Of a stretch of 64,000 nt of DNA, positions 23,601-38,600 are shown one piece after another (the stretch's first letter is position 1; each line of letters begins with the position of its first letter). The stretch is from Macrostomum lignano (lineage: Eukaryota): NCBI GenBank assembly GCA_002269645.1, contig NIVC01001089.1:1-64000 (forward strand), given 5' to 3'. Position numbers and translations under genes: made by a program. The notes below the pieces were generated by a model that saw only the letters and a list, made by a program, of their open reading frames with translations, ran no database searches and had not been told where the DNA came from.

Positions 23601-26600
23601 ACTGAAGGATCAGTGGTTTACATGCACTAATGAGGTCCACACTGAAGGATCAGTGGTTTACATGCACTAATGAGGTCCACACTGAAGGATCAGTGGTTAC
23701 ATGCACTAATGAGGTCCACACTGAAGGATCAGTGGTTACATGCACTAATGAGGTCCACACTGAAGGATCAGTGGTTACATGCACTAATGAGGTCCACACT
23801 GAAGGATCAGTGGTTACATGCACTAATGAGGTCCACACTGAAGGATCAGTGGTTACATGCACTAATGAGGTCCACACTGAAGGATCAGTGGTTACATGCA
23901 CTAATGAGGTCCACACTGAAGGATCAGTGGTTACATGCACTAATGAGGTCCACACTGAAGGATCAGTGGTTACATGCACTAATGAGGTCCACACTGAAGG
24001 ATCAGTGGTTACATGCACTAATGAGGTCCACACTGAAGGATCAGTGGTTTACATGCACTAATGAGGTCCACACTGAAGGATCAGTGGTTTACATGCACTA
24101 ATGAGGTCCACACTGAAGGATCAGTGGTTACATGCACTAATGAGGTCCACACTGAAGGATCAGTGGTTTACATGCACTAATGAGGTCCACACTGAAGGAT
24201 CAGTGGTTACATGCACTAATGAGGTCCACACTGAAGGATCAGTGGTTACATGCACTAATGAGGTCCACACTGAAGGATCAGTGGTTACATGCACTAATGA
24301 GGTCCACACTGAAGGATCAGTGGTTACATGCACTAATGAGGTCCACACTGAAGGATCAGTGGTTACATGCACTAATGAGGTCCACACTGAAGGATCAGTG
24401 GTTACATGCACTAATGAGGTCCACACTGAAGGATCAGTGGTTTACATGCACTAATGAGGTCCACACTGAAGGATCAGTGGTTACATGCACTAATGAGGTC
24501 CACACTGAAGGATCAGTGGTTACATGCACTAATGAGGTCCACACTGAAGGATCAGTGGTTACATGCACTAATGAGGTCCACACTGAAGGATCAGTGGTTA
24601 CATGCACTAATGAGGTCCACACTGAAGGATCAGTGGTTACATGCACTAATGAGGTCCACACTGAAGGATCAGTGGTTTACATGCACTAATGAGGTCCACA
24701 CTGAAGGATCAGTGGTTACATGCACTAATGAGGTCCACACTGAAGGATCAGTGGTTACATGCACTAATGAGGTCCACACTGAAGGATCAGTGGTTACATG
24801 CACTAATGAGGTCCACACTGAAGGATCAGTGGTTACATGCACTAATGAGGTCCACACTGAAGGATCAGTGGGTTACATGCACTAATGAGGTCCACACTGA
24901 AGGATCAGTGGTTACATGCACTAATGAGGTCCACACTGAAGGATCAGTGGTTACATGCACTAATGAGGTCCACACTGAAGGATCAGTGGTTACATGCACT
25001 AATGAGGTCCACACTGAAGGATCAGTGGTTACATGCACTAATGAGGTCCACACTGAAGGATCAGTGGTTACATGCACTAATGAGGTCCACACTGAAGGAT
25101 CAGTGGTTACATACACTAATGAGGTCCACACTGAAGGATCAGTGGTTACATGCACTAATGAGGTCCACACTGAAGGATCAGTGGTTACATGCACTAATGA
25201 GGTCCACACTGAAGGATCAGTGGTTACATGCACTAATGAGGTCCACACTGAAGGATCAGTGGTTACATACACTAATGAGGTCCACACTGAAGGATCAGTG
25301 GTTACATGCACTAATGAGGTCCACACTGAAGGATCAGTGGTTACATGCACTAATGAGGTCCACACTGAAGGATCAGTGGTTTACATGCACTAATGAGGTC
25401 CACACTGAAGGATCAGTGGTTACATGCACTAATGAGGTCCACACTGAAGGATCAGTGGTTACATGCACTAATGAGGTCCACACTGAAGGATCAGTGGTTA
25501 CATGCACTAATGAGGTCCACACTGAAGGATCAGTGGTTTACATGCACTAATGAGGTCCACACTGAAGGATCAGTGGTTACATGCACTAATGAGGTCCACA
25601 CTGAAGGATCAGTGGTTACATGCACTAATGAGGTCCACACTGAAGGATCAGTGGTTACATACACTAATGAGGTCCACACTGAAGGATCAGTGGTTTACAT
25701 GCACTAATGAGGTCCACACTGAAGGATCAGTGGTTACATACACTAATGAGGTCCACACTGAAGGATCAGTGGTTACATGCACTAATGAGGTCCACACTGA
25801 AGGATCAGTGGTTTACATGCACTAATGAGGTCCACACTGAAGGATCAGTGGTTACATGCACTAATGAGGTCCACACTGAAGGATCAGTGGTTACATGCAC
25901 TAATGAGGTCCACACTGAAGGATCAGTGGTTTACATGCACTAATGAGGTCCACACTGAAGGATCAGTGGTTACATGCACTAATGAGGTCCACACTGAAGG
26001 ATCAGTGGTTTACATGCACTAATGAGGTCCACACTGAAGGATCAGTGGTTTACATGCACTAATGAGGTCCACACTGAAGGATCAGTGGTTACATGCACTA
26101 ATGAGGTCCACACTGAAGGATCAGTGGTTACATGCACTAATGAGGTCCACACTGAAGGATCAGTGGTTACATACACTAATGAGGTCCACACTGAAGGATC
26201 AGTGGTTACATGCACTAATGAGGTCCACACTGAAGGATCAGTGGTTACATGCACTAATGAGGTCCACACTGAAGGATCAGTGGTTACATACACTAATGAG
26301 GTCCACACTGAAGGATCAGTGGTTACATGCACTAATGAGGTCCACACTGAAGGATCAGTGGTTACATGCACTAATGAGGTCCACACTGAAGGATCAGTGG
26401 TTACATGCACTAATGAGGTCCACACTGAAGGATCAGTGGTTTACATGCACTAATGAGGTCCACACTGAAGGATCAGTGGTTACATGCACTAATGAGGTCC
26501 ACACTGAAGGATCAGTGGTTACATGCACTAATGAGGTCCACACTGAAGGATCAGTGGTTACATACACTAATGAGGTCCACACTGAAGGATCAGTGGTTAC

Positions 26601-29600
26601 ATACACTAATGAGGTCCACACTGAAGGATCAGTGGTTACATGCACTAATGAGGTCCACACTGAAGGATCAGTGGTTACATGCACTAATGAGGTCCACACT
26701 GAAGGATCAGTGGTTACATGCACTAATGAGGTCCACACTGAAGGATCAGTGGTTACATACACTAATGAGGTCCACACTGAAGGATCAGTGGTTTACATGC
26801 ACTAATGAGGTCCACACTGAAGGATCAGTGGTTACATGCACTAATGAGGTCCACACTGAAGGATCAGTGGTTACATGCACTAATGAGGTCCACACTGAAG
26901 GATCAGTGGTTTACATGCACTAATGAGGTCCACACTGAAGGATCAGTGGTTACATGCACTAATGAGGTCCACACTGAAGGATCAGTGGTTACATGCACTA
27001 ATGAGGTCCACACTGAAGGATCAGTGAGTTTACATGCACTAATGAGGTCCACACTGAAGGATCAGTGGTTACATGCACTAATGAGGTCCACACTGAAGGA
27101 TCAGTGGTTACATGCACTAATGAGGTCCACACTGAAGGATCAGTGGTTACATGCACTAATGAGGTCCACACTGAAGGATCAGTGGTTTACATGCACTAAT
27201 GAGGTCCACACTGAAGGATCAGTGGTTACATGCACTAATGAGGTCCACACTGAAGGATCAGTGGTTACATGCACTAATGAGGTCCACACTGAAGGATCAG
27301 TGGTTACATGCACTAATGAGGTCCACACTGAAGGATCAGTGGTTACATGCACTAATGAGGTCCACACTGAAGGATCAGTGAGTTTACATGCACTAATGAG
27401 GTCCACACTGAAGGATCAGTGGTTACATGCACTAATGAGGTCCACACTGAAGGATCAGTGGTTACATGCACTAATGAGGTCCACACTGAAGGATCAGTGG
27501 TTACATGCACTAATGAGGTCCACACTGAAGGATCAGTGGTTACATGCACTAATGAGGTCCACACTGAAGGATCAGTGGTTACATGCACTAATGAGGTCCA
27601 CACTGAAGGATCAGTGGTTACATGCACTAATGAGGTCCACACTGAAGGATCAGTGGTTACATGCACTAATGAGGTCCACACTGAAGGATCAGTGGTTACA
27701 TGCACTAATGAGGTCCACACTGAAGGATCAGTGGTTACATGCACTAATGAGGTCCACACTGAAGGATCAGTGGTTACATGCACTAATGAGGTCCACACTG
27801 AAGGATCAGTGGTTACATGCACTAATGAGGTCCACACTGAAGGATCAGTGGTTACATGCACTAATGAGGTCCACACTGAAGGATCAGTGGTTACATGCAC
27901 TAATGAGGTCCACACTGAAGGATCAGTGAGTTTACATACACTAATGAGGTCCACACTGAAGGATCAGTGGTTTACATGCACTAATGAGGTCCACACTGAA
28001 GGATCAGTGGTTACATGCACTAATGAGGTCCACACTGAAGGATCAGTGGTTTACATACACTAATGAGGTCCACACTGAAGGATCAGTGAGTTTACATGCA
28101 CTAATGAGGTCCACACTGAAGGATCAGTGGTTTACATGCACTAATGAGGTCCACACTGAAGGATCAGTGGTTTACATGCACTAATGAGGTCCACACTGAA
28201 GGATCAGTGGTTTACATGCACTAATGAGGTCCACACTGAAGGATCAGTGGTTACATGCACTAATGAGGTCCACACTGAAGGATCAGTGGTTTACATGCAC
28301 TAATGAGGTCCACACTGAAGGATCAGTGGTTTACATGCACTAATGAGGTCCACACTGAAGGATCAGTGGTTTACATGCACTAATGAGGTCCACACTGAAG
28401 GATCAGTGGTTACATGCACTAATGAGGTCCACACTGAAGGATCAGTGGTTACATGCACTAATGAGGTCCACACTGAAGGATCAGTGGTTACATGCACTAA
28501 TGAGGTCCACACTGAAGGATCAGTGGTTACATGCACTAATGAGGTCCACACTGAAGGATCAGTGGTTACATGCACTAATGAGGTCCACACTGAAGGATCA
28601 GTGGGTTACATGCACTAATGAGGTCCACACTGAAGGATCAGTGGGTTACATGCACTAATGAGGTCCACACTGAAGGATCAGTGGTTACATGCACTAATGA
28701 GGTCCACACTGAAGGATCAGTGGTTACATGCACTAATGAGGTCCACACTGAAGGATCAGTGGTTACATGCACTAATGAGGTCCACACTGAAGGATCAGTG
28801 GGTTACATGCACTAATGAGGTCCACACTGAAGGATCAGTGGTTACATGCACTAATGAGGTCCACACTGAAGGATCAGTGGTTACATGCACTAATGAGGTC
28901 CACACTGAAGGATCAGTGGTTACATGCACTAATGAGGTCCACACTGAAGGATCAGTGGTTACATGCACTAATGAGGTCCACACTGAAGGATCAGTGGTTA
29001 CATGCACTAATGAGGTCCACACTGAAGGATCAGTGGTTACATACACTAATGAGGTCCACACTGAAGGATCAGTGGTTACATGCACTAATGAGGTCCACAC
29101 TGAAGGATCAGTGGGTTACATGCACTAATGAGGTCCACACTGAAGGATCAGTGGTTACATGCACTAATGAGGTCCACACTGAAGGATCAGTGGTTACATG
29201 CACTAATGAGGTCCACACTGAAGGATCAGTGGTTACATGCACTAATGAGGTCCACACTGAAGGATCAGTGGTTTACATGCACTAATGAGGTCCACACTGA
29301 AGGATCAGTGGTTACATGCACTAATGAGGTCCACACTGAAGGATCAGTGGTTACATGCACTAATGAGGTCCACACTGAAGGATCAGTGGTTACATGCACT
29401 AATGAGGTCCACACTGAAGGATCAGTGGTTACATGCACTAATGAGGTCCACACTGAAGGATCAGTGGTTACATGCACTAATGAGGTCCACACTGAAGGAT
29501 CAGTGGTTTACATGCACTAATGAGGTCCACACTGAAGGATCAGTGGTTACATGCACTAATGAGGTCCACACTGAAGGATCAGTGGTTACATGCACTAATG

Positions 29601-32600
29601 AGGTCCACACTGAAGGATCAGTGGTTACATGCACTAATGAGGTCCACACTGAAGGATCAGTGGTTACATGCACTAATGAGGTCCACACTGAAGGATCAGT
29701 GGTTACATGCACTAATGAGGTCCACACTGAAGGATCAGTGGTGTACATGCACTAATGAGGTCCACACTGAAGGATCAGTGGTTACATGCACTAATGAGGT
29801 CCACACTGAAGGATCAGTGGTTACATGCACTAATGAGGTCCACACTGAAGGATCAGTGGTTACATGCACTAATGAGGTCCACACTGAAGGATCAGTGGTT
29901 ACATGCACTAATGAGGTCCACACTGAAGGATCAGTGGTTACATGCACTAATGAGGTCCACACTGAAGGATCAGTGGTTACATGCACTAATGAGGTCCACA
30001 CTGAAGGATCAGTGGTTTACATGCACTAATGAGGTCCACACTGAAGGATCAGTGGTTTACATACACTAATGAGGTCCACACTGAAGGATCAGTGGTTACA
30101 TGCACTAATGAGGTCCACACTGAAGGATCAGTGAGTTTACATACACTAATGAGGTCCACACTGAAGGATCAGTGGTTTACATACACTAATGAGGTCCACA
30201 CTGAAGGATCAGTGGTTACATGCACTAATGAGGTCCACACTGAAGGATCAGTGGTTACATGCACTAATGAGGTCCACACTGAAGGATCAGTGGTTACATG
30301 CACTAATGAGGTCCACACTGAAGGATCAGTGGTTTACATACACTAATGAGGTCCACACTGAAGGATCAGTGGTTTACATGCACTAATGAGGTCCACACTG
30401 AAGGATCAGTGGTTACATGCACTAATGAGGTCCACACTGAAGGATCAGTGGTTTACATGCACTAATGAGGTCCACACTGAAGGATCAGTGGTTTACATGC
30501 ACTAATGAGGTCCACACTGAAGGATCAGTGGTTTACATGCACTAATGAGGTCCACACTGAAGGATCAGTGGTTTACATGCACTAATGAGGTCCACACTGA
30601 AGGATCAGTGGTTTACATGCACTAATGAGGTCCACACTGAAGGATCAGTGGTTTACATACACTAATGAGGTCCACACTGAAGGATCAGTGGTTTACATGC
30701 ACTAATGAGGTCCACACTGAAGGATCAGTGGTTTACATGCACTAATGAGGTCCACACTGAAGGATCAGTGGTTTACATGCACTAATGAGGTCCACACTGA
30801 AGGATCAGTGGTTACATGCACTAATGAGGTCCACACTGAAGGATCAGTGGTTACATGCACTAATGAGGTCCACACTGAAGGATCAGTGGTTACATGCACT
30901 AATGAGGTCCACACTGAAGGATCAGTGGTTACATGCACTAATGAGGTCCACACTGAAGGATCAGTGGTTACATGCACTAATGAGGTCCACACTGAAGGAT
31001 CAGTGGTTACATGCACTAATGAGGTCCACACTGAAGGATCAGTGGTTACATGCACTAATGAGGTCCACACTGAAGGATCAGTGGTTACATGCACTAATGA
31101 GGTCCACACTGAAGGATCAGTGGTTACATGCACTAATGAGGTCCACACTGAAGGATCAGTGGTTACATGCACTAATGAGGTCCACACTGAAGGATCAGTG
31201 GTTACATGCACTAATGAGGTCCACACTGAAGGATCAGTGGTTACATGCACTAATGAGGTCCACACTGAAGGATCAGTGGTTACATGCACTAATGAGGTCC
31301 ACACTGAAGGATCAGTGGTTTACATGCACTAATGAGGTCCACACTGAAGGATCAGTGGTTACATGCACTAATGAGGTCCACACTGAAGGATCAGTGGTTA
31401 CATGCACTAATGAGGTCCACACTGAAGGATCAGTGGTTTACATGCACTAATGAGGTCCACACTGAAGGATCAGTGGTTTACATGCACTAATGAGGTCCAC
31501 ACTGAAGGATCAGTGGTTACATGCACTAATGAGGTCCACACTGAAGGATCAGTGGTTACATGCACTAATGAGGTCCACACTGAAGGATCAGTGGTTTACA
31601 TGCACTAATGAGGTCCACACTGAAGGATCAGTGGTTTACATGCACTAATGAGGTCCACACTGAAGGATCAGTGGTTACATGCACTAATGAGGTCCACACT
31701 GAAGGATCAGTGGTTTACATACACTAATGAGGTCCACACTGAAGGATCAGTGGTTACATGCACTAATGAGGTCCACACTGAAGGATCAGTGGTTTACATG
31801 CACTAATGAGGTCCACACTGAAGGATCAGTGGTTTACATACACTAATGAGGTCCACACTGAAGGATCAGTGGTTTACATGCACTAATGAGGTCCACACTG
31901 AAGGATCAGTGGTTACATGCACTAATGAGGTCCACACTGAAGGATCAGTGGTTACATGCACTAATGAGGTCCACACTGAAGGATCAGTGGTTACATGCAC
32001 TAATGAGGTCCACACTGAAGGATCAGTGGTTTACATACACTAATGAGGTCCACACTGAAGGATCAGTGGTTACATGCACTAATGAGGTCCACACTGAAGG
32101 ATCAGTGGTTACATGCACTAATGAGGTCCACACTGAAGGATCAGTGGTTACATGCACTAATGAGGTCCACACTGAAGGATCAGTGGGTTACATGCACTAA
32201 TGAGGTCCACACTGAAGGATCAGTGGTTACATGCACTAATGAGGTCCACACTGAAGGATCAGTGGGTTACATGCACTAATGAGGTCCACACTGAAGGATC
32301 AGTGGTTACATGCACTAATGAGGTCCACACTGAAGGATCAGTGGTTACATGCACTAATGAGGTCCACACTGAAGGATCAGTGGTGTACATGCACTAATGA
32401 GGTCCACACTGAAGGATCAGTGGTTACATGCACTAATGAGGTCCACACTGAAGGATCAGTGGGTTACATGCACTAATGAGGTCCACACTGAAGGATCAGT
32501 GGTTACATGCACTAATGAGGTCCACACTGAAGGATCAGTGGTTACATACACTAATGAGGTCCACACTGAAGGATCAGTGGTTACATACACTAATGAGGTC

Positions 32601-35600
32601 CACACTGAAGGATCAGTGGTTACATACACTAATGAGGTCCACACTGAAGGATCAGTGGTTACATGCACTAATGAGGTCCACACTGAAGGATCAGTGGTTA
32701 CATGCACTAATGAGGTCCACACTGAAGGATCAGTGGTTACATACACTAATGAGGTCCACACTGAAGGATCAGTGGTTTACATACACTAATGAGGTCCACA
32801 CTGAAGGATCAGTGGTTACATGCACTAATGAGGTCCACACTGAAGGATCAGTGGTTACATGCACTAATGAGGTCCACACTGAAGGATCAGTGGTTACATG
32901 CACTAATGAGGTCCACACTGAAGGATCAGTGGTTTACATACACTAATGAGGTCCACACTGAAGGATCAGTGGTTTACATGCACTAATGAGGTCCACACTG
33001 AAGGATCAGTGGTTACATGCACTAATGAGGTCCACACTGAAGGATCAGTGGTTACATGCACTAATGAGGTCCACACTGAAGGATCAGTGGTTACATGCAC
33101 TAATGAGGTCCACACTGAAGGATCAGGGTTACATGCACTAATGAGGTCCACACTGAAGGATCAGTGGTTACATGCACTAATGAGGTCCACACTGAAGGAT
33201 CAGTGGGTTACATGCACTAATGAGGTCCACACTGAAGGATCAGTGGTTACATGCACTAATGAGGTCCACACTGAAGGATCAGTGGTTACATGCACTAATG
33301 AGGTCCACACTGAAGGATCAGTGGTTACATGCACTAATGAGGTCCACACTGAAGGATCAGTGGTTACATGCACTAATGAGGTCCACACTGAAGGATCAGT
33401 GGTTACATACACTAATGAGGTCCACACTGAAGGATCAGTGGTTACATGCACTAATGAGGTCCACACTGAAGGATCAGTGGTTACATGCACTAATGAGGTC
33501 CACACTGAAGGATCAGTGGTTTACATGCACTAATGAGGTCCACACTGAAGGATCAGTGGTTTACATGCACTAATGAGGTCCACACTGAAGGATCAGTGGT
33601 TTACATACACTAATGAGGTCCACACTGAAGGATCAGTGAGTTTACATACACTAATGAGGTCCACACTGAAGGATCAGTGAGTTTACATGCACTAATGAGG
33701 TCCACACTGAAGGATCAGTGGTTTACATACACTAATGAGGTCCACACTGAAGGATCAGTGAGTTTACATACACTAATGAGGTCCACACTGAAGGATCAGT
33801 GAGTTTACATACACTAATGAGGTCCACACTGAAGGATCAGTGGTTACATACACTAATGAGGTCCACACTGAAGGATCAGTGGTTTACATACACTAATGAG
33901 GTCCACACTGAAGGATCAGTGAGTTTACATACACTAATGAGGTCCACACTGAAGGATCAGTGGTTACATGCACTAATGAGGTCCACACTGAAGGATCAGT
34001 GGTTTACATGCACTAATGAGGTCCACACTGAAGGATCAGTGGTTTACATGCACTAATGAGGTCCACACTGAAGGATCAGTGGTTACATGCACTAATGAGG
34101 TCCACACTGAAGGATCAGTGGTTTACATGCACTAATGAGGTCCACACTGAAGGATCAGTGGTTACATGCACTAATGAGGTCCACACTGAAGGATCAGTGG
34201 TTTACATACACTAATGAGGTCCACACTGAAGGATCAGTGGTTTACATGCACTAATGAGGTCCACACTGAAGGATCAGTGGTTTACATGCACTAATGAGGT
34301 CCACACTGAAGGATCAGTGGTTTACATACACTAATGAGGTCCACACTGAAGGATCAGTGGTTACATGCACTAATGAGGTCCACACTGAAGGATCAGTGGT
34401 TTACATACACTAATGAGGTCCACACTGAAGGATCAGTGGTTACATGCACTAATGAGGTCCACACTGAAGGATCAGTGGTTACATGCACTAATGAGGTCCA
34501 CACTGAAGGATCAGTGGGTTACATGCACTAATGAGGTCCACACTGAAGGATCAGTGGTTTACATGCACTAATGAGGTCCACACTGAAGGATCAGTGAGTT
34601 TACATACACTAATGAGGTCCACACTGAAGGATCAGTGGTTACATGCACTAATGAGGTCCACACTGAAGGATCAGTGGTTACATGCACTAATGAGGTCCAC
34701 ACTGAAGGATCAGTGGTTACATGCACTAATGAGGTCCACACTGAAGGATCAGTGGTTTACATACACTAATGAGGTCCACACTGAAGGATCAGTGAGTTTA
34801 CATGCACTAATGAGGTCCACACTGAAGGATCAGTGAGTTTACATACACTAATGAGGTCCACACTGAAGGATCAGTGAGTTTACATACACTAATGAGGTCC
34901 ACACTGAAGGATCAGTGAGTTTACATACACTAATGAGGTCCACACTGAAGGATCAGTGAGTTACATACACTAATGAGGTCCACACTGAAGGATCAGTGAG
35001 TTTACATACACTAATGAGGTCCACACTGAAGGATCAGTGGTTACATGCACTAATGAGGTCCACACTGAAGGATCAGTGAGTTTACATACACTAATGAGGT
35101 CCACACTGAAGGATCAGTGAGTTTACATACACTAATGAGGTCCACACTGAAGGATCAGTGGTGTACATGCACTAATGAGGTCCACACTGAAGGATCAGTG
35201 AGTTTACATACACTAATGAGGTCCACACTGAAGGATCAGTGAGTTTACATACACTAATGAGGTCCACACTGAAGGATCAGTGGTTACATGCACTAATGAG
35301 GTCCACACTGAAGGATCAGTGAGTTTACATACACTAATGAGGTCCACACTGAAGGATCAGTGGTTACATGCACTAATGAGGTCCACACTGAAGGATCAGT
35401 GAGTTTACATACACTAATGAGGTCCACACTGAAGGATCAGTGGTTTACATGCACTAATGAGGTCCACACTGAAGGATCAGTGGTTGTACATGCACTAATG
35501 AGGTCCACACTGAAGGATCAGTGAGTTTACATACACTAATGAGGTCCACACTGAAGGATCAGTGGTTTACATACACTAATGAGGTCCACACTGAAGGATC

Positions 35601-38600
35601 AGTGGTGTACATGCACTAATGAGGTCCACACTGAAGGATCAGTGAGTTTACATACACTAATGAGGTCCACACTGAAGGATCAGTGGTTACATGCACTAAT
35701 GAGGTCCACACTGAAGGATCAGTGGTTACATGCACTAATGAGGTCCACACTGAAGGATCAGTGGTTACATGCACTAATGAGGTCCACACTGAAGGATCAG
35801 TGGTTACATACACTAATGAGGTCCACACTGAAGGATCAGTGGTGTACATGCACTAATGAGGTCCACACTGAAGGATCAGTGGTTTACATACACTAATGAG
35901 GTCCACACTGAAGGATCAGTGGGTTACATGCACTAATGAGGTCCACACTGAAGGATCAGTGTTTACATACACTAATGAGGTCCACACTGAAGGATCAGTG
36001 GTTTACATGCACTAATGAGGTCCACACTGAAGGATCAGTGGTTTACATGCACTAATGAGGTCCACACTGAAGGATCAGTGAGTTTACATACACTAATGAG
36101 GTCCACACTGAAGGATCAGTGAGTTTACATACACTAATGAGGTCCACACTGAAGGATCAGTGGTTACATGCACTAATGAGGTCCACACTGAAGGATCAGT
36201 GAGTTTACATACACTAATGAGGTCCACACTGAAGGATCAGTGAGTTTACATACACTAATGAGGTCCACACTGAAGGATCAGTGGTTACATGCACTAATGA
36301 GGTCCACACTGAAGGATCAGTGGTTACATGCACTAATGAGGTCCACACTGAAGGATCAGTGGTTACATGCACTAATGAGGTCCACACTGAAGGATCAGTG
36401 AGTTTACATACACTAATGAGGTCCACACTGAAGGATCAGTGAGTTTACATACACTAATGAGGTCCACACTGAAGGATCAGTGGTTACATGCACTAATGAG
36501 GTCCACACTGAAGGATCAGTGGTTACATGCACTAATGAGGTCCACACTGAAGGATCAGTGGTTACATGCACTAATGAGGTCCACACTGAAGGATCAGTGA
36601 GTTTACATACACTAATGAGGTCCACACTGAAGGATCAGTGAGTTTACATGCACTAATGAGGTCCACACTGAAGGATCAGTGAGTTTACATACACTAATGA
36701 GGTCCACACTGAAGGATCAGTGAGTTTACATACACTAATGAGGTCCACACTGAAGGATCAGTGAGTTTACATACACTAATGAGGTCCACACTGAAGGATC
36801 AGTGAGTTACATACACTAATGAGGTCCACACTGAAGGATCAGTGAGTTTACATACACTAATGAGGTCCACACTGAAGGATCAGTGAGTTTACATACACTA
36901 ATGAGGTCCACACTGAAGGATCAGTGGGTGTACATGCACTAATGAGGTCCACATTGAAGGATCAGTGGTTGTACATGCACTAATGAGGTCCACACTGAAG
37001 GATCAGTGGTTGTACATGCACTAATGAGGTCCACACTGAAGGATCAGTAGGTGTACATGCACTAATGAGGTCCACACTGAAGGATCAGTGAGTTTACATA
37101 CACTAATGAGGTCCACACTGAAGGATCAGTGGTCTACATGCACTAATGAGGTCCACACTGAAGGATCAGTGAGTTTACATACACTAATGAGGTCCACACT
37201 GAAGGATCAGTGGTTGTACATGCACTAATGAGGTCCACACTGAAGGATCAGTGGTTGTACATGCACTAATGAGGTCCACACTGAAGGATCAGTGAGTTTA
37301 CATACACTAATGAGGTCCACACTGAAGGATCAGTGAGTTTACATACACTAATGAGGTCCACACTGAAGGATCAGTGGGTGTACATGCACTAATGAGGTCC
37401 ACACTGAAGGATCAGTGAGTTTACATACACTAATGAGGTCCACACTGAAGGATCAGTGGGTTTACATGCACTAATGAGGTCCACACTGAAGGATCAGTGG
37501 TTACATGCACTAATGAGGTCCACACTGAAGGATCAGTGGTTACATGCACTAATGAGGTCCACACTGAAGGATCAGTGAGTTTACATACACTAATGAGGTC
37601 CACACTGAAGGATCAGTGAGTTTACATACACTAATGAGGTCCACACTGAAGGATCAGTGGTTACATGCACTAATGAGGTCCACACTGAAGGATCAGTGGT
37701 TACATGCACTAATGAGGTCCACACTGAAGGATCAGTGGTTACATGCACTAATGAGGTCCACACTGAAGGATCAGTGAGTTTACATACACTAATGAGGTCC
37801 ACACTGAAGGATCAGTGAGTTTACATGCACTAATGAGGTCCACACTGAAGGATCAGTGAGTTTACATACACTAATGAGGTCCACACTGAAGGATCAGTGA
37901 GTTTACATACACTAATGAGGTCCACACTGAAGGATCAGTGAGTTTACATACACTAATGAGGTCCACACTGAAGGATCAGTGAGTTACATACACTAATGAG
38001 GTCCACACTGAAGGATCAGTGAGTTTACATACACTAATGAGGTCCACACTGAAGGATCAGTGAGTTTACATACACTAATGAGGTCCACACTGAAGGATCA
38101 GTGGTGTACATGCACTAATGAGGTCCACACTGAAGGATCAGTGAGTTTACATACACTAATGAGGTCCACACTGAAGGATCAGTGAGTTTACATACACTAA
38201 TGAGGTCCACACTGAAGGATCAGTGGGTGTACATGCACTAATGAGGTCCACATTGAAGGATCAGTGAGTTTACATACACTAATGAGGTCCACACTGAAGG
38301 ATCAGTGAGTTTACATACACTAATGAGGTCCACACTGAAGGATCAGTGGGTGTACATGCACTAATGAGGTCCACATTGAAGGATCAGTGAGTTTACATAC
38401 ACTAATGAGGTCCACACTGAAGGATCAGTGGTTTACATGCACTAATGAGGTCCACATTGAAGGATCAGTGAGTTTACATACACTAATGAGGTCCACACTG
38501 AAGGATCAGTGGTTGTACATGCACTAATGAGGTCCACACTGAAGGATCAGTGGTTGTACATGCACTAATGAGGTCCACACTGAAGGATCAGTGAGTTTAC